A stretch of DNA of 64,000 nt from Azolla caroliniana (taxonomy: Eukaryota; Plantae; Polypodiophyta): assembly GCA_043228905.1 (NCBI GenBank), contig JBHGNT010000016.1, forward strand, positions 3,224,001 to 3,288,000, read 5' to 3'. Every line of letters starts with the position of its first letter. The first letter of the stretch is position 1. A program made the translations under genes and the position numbers. This document shows, piece after piece, positions 38,711 to 54,030 of the stretch. The notes below the pieces were generated by a model. It was not told the DNA's origin and made no database searches. It worked only from the letters and a program-made list of their open reading frames with translations.

Positions 38711-41700
38711 ATGTCAGACGCTCTTGTCAATGGCCTTGCTGGAGCTGGTGGTGGTATTATCGCCCAAACCCTAACTTATCCACTACAAGCTGTAAGCACA
38801 AAAAAACCCCGTACTTTTATAAATATTTTTCAGTTCTAGTTTTCAAGCGTTTCTCAATATCTTGTTCTGGTTAAGTGTTAATTAAAAAAATTGATTAGTG
38901 AAACTTGAGTCATTGTTGACATTATACTCTGCCACTAACGAAAGTCCCAACCCTGCAGTTCGAGCTTTGAAGATGCGTTTCAAGAGACCAATGATAAAAT
39001 ATTCCTAAAACATGGATATCTTATAGGATTTTATAAGATTATTAATAAGAGGCTAATTATAAATATTGTTAATAAATTGATATTGTGTAAAATTCAAGAG
39101 CCTTATAATTTACAAGATACTGTTACTTCATTGGTGTTGTATCAACTTGAATAAGACTGTCAATAAGAGCCTGATCGGAAATCATAATAAGGCAATGTAT
39201 TTCTAATGCATTGCTATTGTACGAGATTCAAGTATTTTAAGGATGGAGTAATTGTTAAAATTAATTTTAATGTATTAATAATGTTTTATCATATTTGTAT
39301 TTGCAATAATGTATCAATAGGGATCTTGAATCTTCATCTCCAAACTCAAGCACTAAGGTGAAAGTTCAAGAGACTACTGATAAATTATTGTGAATGCAGT
39401 AACAATAAAATTTTGTTAATTACATTCCAGAGCCTACTTTTTGTGTAAAGGGAATGAATAATCATACGGTTTTGTAATGCTCTTGTTGGTGCTAGGTTAA
39501 CACTAGACAACAAACTGAAAGGAAGGCCAAAAGTTCAGCTTTGCAACTTGCTGAAGGAAAACAATCTGCCGATTCAACACATAAGCAATCACTGAGTACA
39601 TATAATGAGTTATGTAAGGTAAGCAAAATTGTGACTAAAAATCTCTCAATAATATTAACCTTCATGAAAAAATTAGGAAGCTTAATGCTCGTTCAGTGCG
39701 TTTTTCTATGATTCCTTAATTTGTTTTTTGTTATTGATGTGTTTCAATGAATTTGTTCAGTTTCTTGGATGATTTTTTTTCATTAGGTTCTTCAAGAAGA
39801 AGGATGGAAGGGTCTTTTCAGAGGTCTAACCCCATCATTAGTAGGAACAGCTGCCTCTCAGGTGCAGTTCTTCTTCTTCTTTGAATTATGATTTCTTGTC
39901 AAAATCTAATGAATTTGTAAGACATGGCAGGGAGTGTATTATTACTTCTATCAGCTCTTCAAGGATGAGGCGGATGCTGCAGCATTGCGAAGAAAAGATA
40001 GAGGCTTTGGAGACGGGACAACAGGGATGCTTTCTTCTCTGATTGTGGCATCTATGGCGGGGTATGAACCTTCTTGAGTATCACTGAGATCTGTTAATCC
40101 CTTTTTGCTGTAATCCATTGTACACACACAAACAAATAAAAGATACCAGTTTTTAGTTTTATGTGGGTACATGTCTGCCTACAAAATATATAACCAGATT
40201 TATGATATTTCTACTTCTCTATTGATTAGTCATTGGTTGAGGAAATATCTACTTATGCTCATAGACACAACTCTTAAAGAAGAAAAACTGCCGTTGTGGA
40301 TATGGGTATATGTATATATTAATGTGTGATGTGCATATGTACGAGATGCTAGTTTTCAGAATTATGTGGTGATATGACCACTTAAAAAATATGTAAAATG
40401 TTTTTCAATATTTCTACTGCTCCATTGATTAGTAGTTGGCTGAAAAAATCTGGATGTACCTTATATACATTGTCCATATGTAAATATCGTCATGAAAAGA
40501 AAATAACCATGAAGAAACTAGAATGTGGTTATGGAGGGCTAGCCAGGTTGCAGTTGTAACATTTTTAGCTTATTCACAGTAAACCCATGTTGTTTATACA
40601 TATGCAGATGCTTGAATGTGTTGTTGACAAATCCTATCTGGGTTGTGGTGACAAGGATGCAGGTAATTGATAGAAAGATAGCAGATGTACATCAAATCTT
40701 TTTCCAAATGTTTCTTAGGAAATGAGATTGTTTGATGAGAAATTCTAATGTCACATTATATTTTCTTGTCTCAGACTTACTCACAAGCAGCAGATGAAGT
40801 TGCTGAAAAGACAGAAAGCAGCACGGATGAAGAAAAAATCTCTTCTGAACATTCTCTTTGTCGTGGCAATATTTGTGGCAATAAATATGGCACCATAACT
40901 GCTGTAGGTGAAACAACGTGTTTTCCTTGAGTATTTTATCTAATTTTTGAAGTTGGAGTTTGAACTATTGATCACAAAATCTATTTCAATCAAAGAGTTT
41001 CTTTCGTATGATATGCCACTATTCATTTGATCACAAGAATCATAATGTGATATTCCCATAGCACATTCAATGACAAATAGACATGATAGTTTTAATAATT
41101 TCCATAGAGTATCCATCCATCCACCCTATCCTTTTCGTATGTTCAATTCAAAATATGTATACTTTGAATGATTCTGATATTTGGATCAAATATATGCAGA
41201 TACATGATCTTTACAGCGAAGCAGGAATAAGGGGTTTCTGGAAGGGTGTTTTGCCAACATTGATTATGGTAAAGTAATTCTCACAGAACTAAAAGTTAAT
41301 GTTATAGAATATGAGAAAAGAAGAGAATTTGCAATGTGATGTAATCAGATTTTGGCATTAGGTAAGCAACCCCTCGATACAGTTCATGTTGTATGAGGGA
41401 ATGCTTAAATGATCAAAGAAAAGACATGCATCGAATAAGGAAGGCTCGGCAAATGTTACTGCTTCAGAGGTTAGGCACTCTGTTCTTCTCTTTATACAAA
41501 TGTTATGAGGATTACTTTACTTAAATTGACATCTTATAGAACATGATAGGTATAGAGACTGAAACAAAAGTATGACATATGAAGTGCTAAACATTGCCAG
41601 CAAGGAGAATCAAAATACAATCAATATATTTTATGTTTGATACCGTATATAGCCGTTTTCTTTTTATGTGGGTATCTAGGTGTTTATATTGGGAGCTATT

Positions 41701-43092
41701 GCAAAACTTGGAGCTACAATTGCGACATATCCATTGCTTGTAGTGAAGGTGAAAATGACAAATTTCTCATTCACGCATGTGTCTTATAATCTGGTTAGAA
41801 TTGTGGTATTTTTTTTGGCATTTAAAATCCAAAGCTTTTATGATTACCAGTCACGACTCCAAGCAAAGCAAGTATCAGGCGGAGATAACATCCACCAATA
41901 TGCAGGTATTTATAGTATCGTATTTGCCCATACATCCCTATACATCATGGTGTGAAAATGGGCCAAAATAGTAAGTAACTAACACCAAATTAACAAAGGA
42001 TTATTGGTGAAGTAGAGCCCAATGTGGATAAAATGAGGGCCCAAAACCCGTACAACTGGGGTTGTATTCCTCAGTAAAAATGGGTTAAATTGGAGTTTTT
42101 TCCTCAAGAGATCAAGTATCTGTGCTAAAGTTGTCCAATGGAAATACCAAGGTCTTACATTCAATCCCAAAATTATTCACTGTTGATAGCCTTGTAAATT
42201 TTGGTAGTGTTTGATAGCAATGGGCATGGTTTGGTTTCGGTTCGGTTCGGTTTCAAGGCAAAGAAACCAAACCAAACCGAAACCAAACCGTTTATGAACT
42301 CTCAGTATTTAAACCAAACCATTTAAGAAAAAGTTAAAACCAAACTGTTTAGGGAAAAGTTGAAACTAAACCGAACCATTTAATAAAAAATTTAAACCTA
42401 ACCACTTAAGGCAAACTAGTTAAACATCTAAAGAAACAAAAATACATTAAATTAAATAAGTATTTAAGTTAAATTTATTAAATCAATGAAGGAAACTTTA
42501 ATTGAACCATTAAATTAAATAAACATTTAAGTTAAATTAATGAAATCAATAAAAAACCATTACATCAATAAACTATTAAGGTAAAAAAAAAGTTAACCAA
42601 AAACCTATAAACCTTTAAACCAAACCTGTAAACCTATAAACCCGAGTTTTAAAACCGAACCGAACCAAAACCGAACCGTTTATCGAGAATCCAAACTAAA
42701 CCAAACCATTAAATTTTTTTGGAGCCAATAAACCGTTAAACCATGGCTTAACGGTTCGGTTCGGTTCGAGCCGAAACCATGCCCATTGCTAGTGTTTGAG
42801 CTTATTTGTCAAATAGGTAGATGAATCTCCATTAGGGTATATAATCAAGGAACAAGGAAAGAGAGTGGAAGAAGATATATATTGCTATTACTTTGTAGGT
42901 ACTATGGATGCCATCTTGAAGATGATCAGGTTTGAAGGTATAGGTGGCTTCTACAAGGGAATGGGAACCAAAATCTTGCAAAGTGTGTTTGCTGCTGCTG
43001 TTCTTTTTATGGTGAAAGAAGAGCTTGTCAAGGCTGCTCGGCTTCTGGTGTCTAGGAAGGTCCCGTTGCGGTATCTATCCAATGCGAAATGA
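38711..43092 (+). CDS. PXN: Peroxisomal NAD+ carrier (PXN/PMP38, mitochondrial carrier family), 11 exons; in-frame TGA at 41410-41412 (possible null allele or recent pseudogene)
   Basis: MSDALVNGLAGAGGGIIAQTLTYPLQAVNTRQQTER, GLTPSLVGTAASQGVYYYFYQ, LLTNPIWVVVTRMQ, GFWKGVLPTLIMVSNPSIQFMLYE, LGAIAKLGATIATYPLLVVKSRLQAK and GFYKGMGTKILQSVFAAAVLFMVKEEL. Three Px(D/E)xx(K/R)-type repeats; GT-AG introns in phase. Confidence 0.92.
42215..42791. mobile_element. Non-autonomous hAT element (577 bp) in the last PXN intron
   Basis: Perfect 18-bp TIR tagcaatgggcatggttt / aaaccatgcccattgcta; perfect 8-bp TSD gtgtttga (42207-42214 and 42792-42799); subterminal AACCG/CGGTT repeats. Confidence 0.95.
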
Positions 43093-44707
43093 ATCTCTTA
43101 CAGTACCTAGCCGGCATGACATGAATATGTTAGTGCTACATTGTCAATGTCTTTAGTCCATCACTTTAGTTCATTCATTGGTCTCACTCAAATTCATACC
43201 AATACAAATTGATCAATATAGAAAAGAAACTTCACTCTCGACATGGCTGATTTGAACTTTGTATAAAAGATTCTATATGAGAACATTTTCTTTTTACACA
43301 ACCGTCATAATTTAAAAATTTGTTATTCTATTATTTTGAGTATCACAATTCTGATATTTTCAATGTTTGAGAATCAGCCACATGGTTGTATGATATAGTT
43401 TTGAAATTTGTCTGTATATTATGGCTTTCTTTTATTCGTAATTTAGATTGTATTCAAGTAATGATTTTGTTTCAATATTTAGTCACTATTAGGATGAGGT
43501 CAATGCCATAATTGACCAGCTTACTTATATTTCTATCGATTAGCAAGGATTTGATATAGCTGAGGAATTGGATTTGGGGCTTATTGAAGCTTGATGAGAG
43601 TGACTTATACAAGGAGGTGGATAAGAATATTGCTAGGAACAAAGCATATTTTTGTGGGACTTGACCAAATTAACCACATGGGTGAAGCTTGAACCTTTCT
43701 AACACAAGGGCAACCTATCTTAATTCTTTATATTGCACATATCCAGAGTTTTCTTAGGATTTGTCACATTGTGATGGAATGGGCATCAATGCCTAAGATG
43801 GAACAAGGGCCGTTGTGATGGAAGGGGTATTAAGGGTTTCGACGTCGATAATGTGAGAAACTAGAGATCTTGAATGTAAATGTACCTTGAAGCTTAGATA
43901 TGATAAACAAGCCAAAAGCTTAGAATGCAAGTTTTGTCTAGGGAGGAAGAGAGCCTACTTTATTTTGATTGGTTGTTTATTATTGAGAGGAGGGTGAACA
44001 AAGTGAAGAAAGAATTCCCCATCTCTTTTGAGGTACAATCAACTTCTCAAGGAAAAGGTTAAAAAAGGTGATGTCCTCCTCTTCTATATTCCTCTGCATA
44101 TGCCAATTCCTTCGATTTTCATTTCAAATTACCTAAATTTGGATGTACTGGCAACTTATGTGACACTTTCCTCGATTGCTTGAAGTTGCATACTTGTAAA
44201 ACCAACAAAATTGGCCTCACTTTTCATCTCTCATGCAATTTATTATGACATACATTTGGGGAAAAAAAACTTAGGGTATAATACATTCAAAAAATGATGA
44301 ACGCCGATGACACATCAAATTAATATATCCAATTCGTATGTTTTCAAATAGTAGTTGAATCGCCACTTACATATGAAATGAACAACAACGAGGTTCCACC
44401 ATGGTGGAGACAAAGTAACGATGCAACGTGTCAAAAGGTGTGTATTAAAGGGAGATTGATCCAAAGGAAAGTGTATGATGTGAATGATGAAAAGGATTAG
44501 TCATGATGAAGTCGAAGTATAAACATCACCATCCGTATCCTCTTTTAGGGAAGCAATTGTGTCGAAGTGTGTGTATGCGTGGTGGGGGCATGTTACCAAG
44601 GGTCACTTAGAATGGTATACATACGTGGACGGAATAGAAGGGATGCGAATGATGAAAGGCGAAGGGTCGCAATGATGGCACATGCCCGAGCATGGTGGCA
44701 AGCAACA

Positions 44708-44760
<53 letters not shown>

Positions 44761-45116
44761 TACATACAATATATGAATGAATCTCTCACCCACAAAGAAG
44801 AGGTGTAAAGTGATGGTGATGGTGGTGGTGTTGGGTGAGGGAATGGGGTTTGGTGGGCTCTAAATAATCAATCAATCACTCAATCCATCCATCCATCCAT
44901 CTCCCTCCTTTCTTTTTTGTTTCTAAGATTTTGGTGGATGAAGCAACAAAGCATATACATAGCATGTCCCCACACCCACAACCCCCCCCCCCCCCCCCCA
45001 CCCAAACAAAAGAAAAGTATTGTTGGGACAAAGTGAGCCTCATTATATGTGTATATATATATATATATATCCTTTTGTTTGGTGATGAGAAAGTTTAAGT
45101 AGATAGAAATCTTTGG

Positions 45117-45246
45117 ACCTACCAATTTTTGCTAATTGCCTGCCTTATGCTTACTACATATTTGCTAAAACTACCCACTAAAACCACCACCAAAACTACC
45201 CACTAAAACTACCCACTAAAACCATCATCACTAAAATCATCACTAA
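45117..45246 (+). promoter_or_regulatory. AC-I element (ACCTACC, 45117-45123) and AC-rich 13-bp repeats upstream of CCoAOMT
   Basis: ACCTACC is the canonical MYB-bound AC-I element of monolignol gene promoters; aaaactacccact repeats follow at ~45167-45222. The motif is short and could occur by chance. Confidence 0.4.
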
Positions 45247-45330
45247 TTCTCATGCTTTTACAATTAGAAATTTAGAACTATCTATCTTCGTATATCATAC
45301 AACCTAATCAATCCAATCACCCTCCCCTTC

Positions 45331-45373
<43 letters not shown>

Positions 45374-45949
45374 ATTTTGCATTAAAAAAAACTCCCCTTC
45401 TTCCTCTCTTCTCAATCAAACCTTCACTCCACTTCTCCCACCTTTCTTTCTTTCTTTCCTAAGTCTGCTTCTCTTCCATCATCACCTCATCACTCACTCC
45501 AAATCCAATCCCATCCCATTCCATCCAACTTAAAAGTTCTTTTAAAAGCTCAATTAATCCATCTCCTGCTTTCCTTCATAGCAAAGAGATCAATCAATCA
45601 CGACAACACCCATCTCTTTTGCTTCCTCTGTAAACTTCACTTCCCTTCATTGTGTGCCTTCCAAACTACTCTGCCCTGCCCCTTCTTCACTAATCCCTTC
45701 CTCTTTATTAATTTAATCTCCTCTTCAATAGCTTCTACGCCTTCCCTGCTCCAATTCCCGCTCCTTTTACCCAACGATTAATCCCCTGCTCACTTGGTTC
45801 TTCATCTTCAACTTCGTCAAATCCATCTCCGATCCTTGCATTATATCCTGTAAGTCGTCGACCCACAAACCTGGCAATCTTAATCCCTCAAAAAGAACCC
45901 AACACCTTTCGCTTTCTTTTCTTCATCAACGCTCACTTGCTTCGTCCAT

Positions 45950-46311
45950 TAATCGCCCATTAGTGTAGTTAATGACGCCCCTAATCTCCCATTAATCTAG
46001 TTACTGACGTGTCCCCAACAGCCCATTAATGTAGTTACTGACGTGTCCCTAACAGCCCATTAATGTAGTCACTTACGAGCCTCCTAATCACATATTGATC
46101 TAGTTAACGACGTCTCGAATCGCCCATCAATCTAGTCAATCATGTCTCTAATCGCCCATTAACATCGTTAACGACGTCCCTAAATCGCCCATAAACATCT
46201 TTAACGGCACCCCTAATCGCCCATTAATCTAGTCAAGCACATCTCTAATCTCCCATTAATCTAGTGAAAGACGTCTCTAAATCTCCCATTACTCGAGTGA
46301 CTTAGGTGTCC
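45950..46311. repeat. 11-unit 32-35 bp minisatellite inside the predicted 5'UTR intron (45850-46369) of CCoAOMT
   Basis: Consensus ~taatcgcccattaatctagttaacgacgtctc; flanked by a GTAAGT donor at 45850 and a TTTAG acceptor at 46369. Confidence 0.9.
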
Positions 46312-46404
46312 TTGAAAGCTTGTTGTTGTTGTTGTTTTGTTATGTGTATTCGGTTAATAATGTGTTTAGGGTTTGGCATGATAAGCAGCGGCGGCAGGAG
46401 AAGG

Positions 46405-49091
<2,687 letters not shown>

Positions 49092-50639
49092 CTTGGGTCT
49101 TGATTTATTGTCTTTTCCAATATAGTTTCTACATCTAGACACAATTGTACCACATAACCTAACCATTGGTGGACAAAACATTTTCAATATTGCCGTTCTA
49201 TTATGTTTGATGACATCGGAGTGATGATAATACACCATATATTCAAGGATACAAGCCCTTTTATTTCCAATTCACCAAACACCCCACATATATATAATGT
49301 TAAGTGTATGTCGAAACACATTGTGTGCACTTTGTTTTCTTCTCTTTTCGTAAATTATCTTATCATAAGTTTCTTTGCATGAAATGTTTTTTTTAACATG
49401 AGTGTTTCATCAAGTATTCAACATTTTTGGGATTTCATTGGTTATGAAGCTAACATTACTTTCTTAAACACAAGTTTACTCTCTCATTTATATATAATTC
49501 ACACATTTTTGATTCCTCACTCAATTTTTTGCTCCACAACAATCTCACTCTAATTTTTACCAAATGCCAACACCATTCACCAAATATCACACTAGAAAAA
49601 CTCAAAACGGTACGTATGTATGTGTATTTTTCCAAAATTTTGGATAAATACACACATATGTAACATTAATATACATACATACATACATACATATACATAT
49701 ACATATACATATATATATATATATGTACGCAGACCTATATCAATATGCATATACATAGATGATAGACATATACGTATAACTATAGACATATGCATAAATA
49801 GCCATATATACACATATAATACATCGAAATGTTTTCACATGGTGCTTTAGCACGCAATGTCATGTTTAATAACATATGTTAATGTCAAGATTGTATTCAT
49901 TACATTATTCGGACAAATCAAAATTAATGTATACTAATGCAACAACAAGAGTTTAGGTATATTTCGTCTTCATTATTTGAATCATACATGTTAGATTGAT
50001 GATTGATCTCAACATGATCACACACATACATTGTGCTACGAACATTGTTTTTGTCTTTTAGAATATATATAGAGAGAATATGTGGTATAATCATGCAACT
50101 CAAAGTTATCATTTTAACGAAAACATCACTTGCTAAAGCAATTGTGTCAATTCTAGCCTATTGTACGTAATTAAATCACAGCTCAAGGAAAATTGCCATA
50201 AGCAATCCTTCTTATACTCTTCAAGAAAACTAATTAGTGAACAAAATAGAAACTTTGACATTTAGTGTCGCTTGAGAAATAAATATTCTAGAATATGCAA
50301 CTTTCATGAGAAACATATAGCAGGAAGTTAATATTATTTCTTCTTGTCATGATTAAAAATTGAAACCCAACTTACCATCGATGTCCCATATCGACGGATA
50401 TTAGGATGACTAGTACCTTCGAAGATGATGTTTCATACCTTCGGTGTCTTAAGACAACAACCTTCCGACATAATGTGTTTTATGAGGGTAGCTAGACATC
50501 ATATTTATACCTCTTCATTATAGTGTATCATTCCTTCTATCTAATTACATTAGTCCATTTCTAAAATTAGTGAACATACCCTTCACTTATATAAACATTA
50601 GTGAGATATCCTAACCTAAGTTATGTGTGCATAACATAC

Positions 50640-51340
50640 TCCCCTAGTTCAAAAGATTGCACTCTTGCAATATAAAGTGAGGAAATTGGGCCTTAAGAGT
50701 ATGCTCTCGTTCCCATGCGACATCATCAATAAGTTGATCCTTCCATTTGATATTGATTTGGCAAATCTCTTTATAATGTAAACGTTTAGTTTGAGAATCA
50801 AGAATTGGATCTGGAACATGAGGTTTGTAAGACAAATCCTCTAATGTTACAAGATCTTTTACTGTGGTGGTGTTATCACCAGAGCCAAAAAATGGTTTTA
50901 GATGATTGACGTTTGTTAGGAGTATCGTTAGATTGCTTGCGTTTCCCAATGAACTTGACATTCACAGTTGTGGGGAACTAAAGTTTTTTGTGGTTTGTCT
51001 TGGAAGTCCTATGGAACCAACGTATAATGTTGAGAGCTTCATCAAAAGTTGTGGGGTCCTTGTCATGGACAATCCAATGGTAATCCCAATTGGGAATACC
51101 ATTCAAAAAACAATTGACAAACCATTTCTCACCCATAAGTCTTGATATTTGGATTTGGATGCAAGTAGGATGCACATAATCCTCAAGAGAGATAAATGGC
51201 TTGTGCGACAACGTGAGCAAGTGTTGCGCTTGTTCAGTCTGAGAAGGCGTTTACAAGAACTGTTCTTTAAAAATATCAACAAAACCTTCCCAAATTATTG
51301 GTAGGTTTTTTGCAATCCTAAAGCTTGCCACCATGCAACA
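50640..51340 (-). mobile_element. Degraded Ty3/Gypsy chromovirus relic (integrase C-terminus and chromodomain)
   Basis: VNHLKPFFG...PDPILDSQTKRL...IKWKDQLIDDVAWEREHTLKAQFPHF is chromodomain-like and ends at a PPT-like GGGGAG followed by TATG on minus (~50636-50644). Confidence 0.7.
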
Positions 51341-52689
51341 ACTCCACCACCTAACTCACAACCCACATAACCATTTTTTAAACCATTTGGCTTTGGATGG
51401 ATCTCAAAGTGAGACTCCCAACAACCAAGCCATGTTAATGACCTCCTCGTTGCTTTCTTTTCTTATCTCCCTTGAATGGTGTTATTATGAAAGAAGGTTC
51501 ACCTTCGTTCTTTGAATCAATAGTTAGTTCTTGGAAATGCTTTTCCAAAGCTGTATTATCTTGCCACACTTTGGCCAATTGATTCAAGGTAATACTCCTT
51601 TAATACTTCTAAAACACTTAAATGTTTATTAGACTCTACCCAATCCATGAAAGTTCGCCCCGTCATCCTTGACATATCATTGATAGTGTATTCATCCAAT
51701 ATTACTTCTTGCCTTCCTATCATCATATGTAAGAAGAAACATATGCTCCTAATTTATTTATTTTCCAAAAAACAAACTACTTCCATTAGTTAAGCAATGT
51801 ACAAAGGATAATTTACAACTCATATGCTCCAAATTATGAGACTTTGATATACTATAATTTGCATTAGTGGCAACGTTGCGATGAGCCAAATATTGGGTAC
51901 AATAAATTCAATTGTTTTCAATTATTGTCCATAGGAACTTATGATGAACCACTAATACTTTAGTTTTTCATGCAAATCTAAAATATGTGTTTGTTCATGT
52001 AGTAAATATTTGATGAGACAATAACCTTATCAAGTGCACCAAAGTCCTAGAACAAATGAGAGCCAAGGAGGAGAGCGAATAAAAGGAAATCTCTTAGGGA
52101 TTTTTTGGTTTTCTTTTTTCATCTTATTGAAATTTACTAGTCAATCCTACGATCAATCTATTGTCATCGGCATTCTACTACAAAATTTACTATCAAAATT
52201 CTTGCACACAATTGTCCACTAATTTCCGTGGTACCTTGTTTCTCAATTATTCTTCAACAATTCTTGTCATAGTTTTGAGACATTACCCCCAAACAATGAT
52301 CAAATAGTAGGAATTAGTTGCAAGTAAATAAAACAACTTTCATTATATTAATACAGTGACATGAAGTGCAAATGCATGAATGTAGTTTACCAAGCAATAT
52401 ACAATATGTACTTGAAGTGCTTGGTGCTAAATCAACTTTTCAACCTACCACTACCATGTTGTTGCATCCACCGGCTAGGCTAGTGCTCTAATAAAAGAAA
52501 AGGAAACAATTTCTTCTTCTTTATTTAAAGGTCCTATGGATACATCATATCACAATAAATGGAATTGTGCATTATAGAGACAAATTTTACAATATGTACA
52601 TCATTCTTCCATAAACTCACATCATTGTCCATGTATGAAAGCACTCCACGATCTTCATGATGTATTTGTATTTTAATAGCCATCATAAT

Positions 52690-53095
52690 GTGTCTTCCTG
52701 CCTTCATGGCAAATGCCTTAGGGTAGTCTTGAAAGCATCAACTTCACATTTGTTTGGAACTAACTATATGTATGCTATCCGCATATACAATCTTGAACCA
52801 TCTCCGTCTAAATGATATGTGTCTTTATTATCACCGCGAGAGTAATCCTACAAAGTGGATGAAGCGGTCAAAACTTGATGTATCATTCTTGATATGCTTG
52901 TTTGAGCCCATAAATAATCTTTTGCAACCTACGTACCAAATGTTCTTGTCCAAGAAACGTCAAAACAATGTAGCTAGATTTGAATATAGATTTCTACATG
53001 GACATAACCTTGAACAAAGACAAATTTTGCATCCAATGGAGTACATCTTGTTAGAGCAGGGATGATGATAGCAACGATAGATTTCTCTTCAATTT
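52690..53095 (-). mobile_element. Degraded Copia RT fragment related to the young Tork-like family
   Basis: Minus strand reads GQEHLVRRLQKIIYGLKQAYQE*YIKF and FAMK..GRHI, compared with [27 protein letters not shown] in the 3987-8000 ORF. Confidence 0.7.
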
Positions 53096-53101
53096 GTTCA
53101 T

Positions 53102-53159
53102 GTTTTCCAACGTAGGAAAACGAATGTTATGCTAGACGAACACGAATTTTACGTACTAT
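53102..53159 (-). mobile_element. Isolated terminal fragment of hAT MITE family A
   Basis: gttttccaacgtaggaaaacgaatgttatgctagacgaacacgaattttacgtactat is a near-exact reverse complement of 28362-28419. Confidence 0.85.
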
Positions 53160-54030
53160 CGCTGGGAATATATACCCTTCCCCTCCCCTCCCCAATCCGG
53201 TTCTGGTTTCTGATCCACAGGCACCATCAAAGAGACCCACAGTGTCCTACAATGGTACTTCAACTCCACTAGCTTCCCCAAGAAAAACAACAAACCCGTA
53301 ATCATAGGCCTCTGTGTGGGCTTATCCATACCACTCCTTCTCATAGCTTCCATGTTGACGCTCTGCACTATCAAACAGAGGAAAGTGCAATCAGATCTAC
53401 TTAAGCATTTAAAAGATCTAAATTATGGTCCCACAGAGAGATCTGAAGCCAAGCAACGTGATGTTGGATGAGGATTTTCAATGCGAGGTTAGGCGATTTC
53501 AGCCTAGCCAAACGCATCAGAATCGATCCAAATGCAGGACGTGTTGGTTCCCAAATTGAAGAGATTCTGATTCAATGTGATGTTATGTGCATCGAGGTCT
53601 TGGGTGACCACAGACTTGACACTGTTGACATCAATGCCGACATGGTTGGCATTGTGGGGGTCGATGCCGGGGTCATAAAAGGTATCGAATTCGATAGCCA
53701 CAAAGTGAGAATCATTGGTGGGTGAGGGGCTTGAAGGAGTGATGAGGTCGAGCCCCGCCCCATAGCTATCGGGCACATCGTGGGCAGGATGCGAGCTCAA
53801 TATGAAGGCCATTCCGTCACCGGTGATCTTCCTTCTGCCATCTTGGGTTGGCCCCCATATTGATCAAGAAGGATGTGTTGAAGGATGCTGTGTAATTGTG
53901 TTATTTTGTCCTAGAGACGGAGGGGAGTTTGATATGTGATTTGGCCCCCGATGCATTGAGGATAGCAAGATCACGAGACCCAGTGTCATACATCGCCTGC
54001 AACGCGTCCAGTTGTACAGTAGAGTCTGGA
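53160..54030. pseudogene. Rearranged L-type (legume) lectin receptor-like kinase pseudogene
   Basis: Minus strand ~54030-53505: lectin N-part (TASFNTSF, GDGMAFIL, FVAIEFDTF, NHVGIDVNS, WID). Plus strand 53160-53507: lectin C-end (GF*STG..ETHSVLQWYFNST), TM segment (VIIGLCVGLSIPLLLIASML), then YGP fused to DLKPSNVMLDEDF-NARLGDFSLA. Contains stops, frameshifts and a deletion. Confidence 0.85.

Noticed and set aside
41410-41412. TGA read as selenocysteine, or repaired by U-to-C editing
   Set aside because: Land plants lack the Sec machinery, the position is not a catalytic Cys, and U-to-C editing in ferns and hornworts is organellar whereas this is a spliceosomal nuclear gene.
45950-46311. CRISPR-like look (conserved ~14-bp part alternating with variable ~18-20-bp parts)
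   Set aside because: The variable parts are homologous to each other, the context is a eukaryotic intron, and there are no cas genes; it is a diverged minisatellite.
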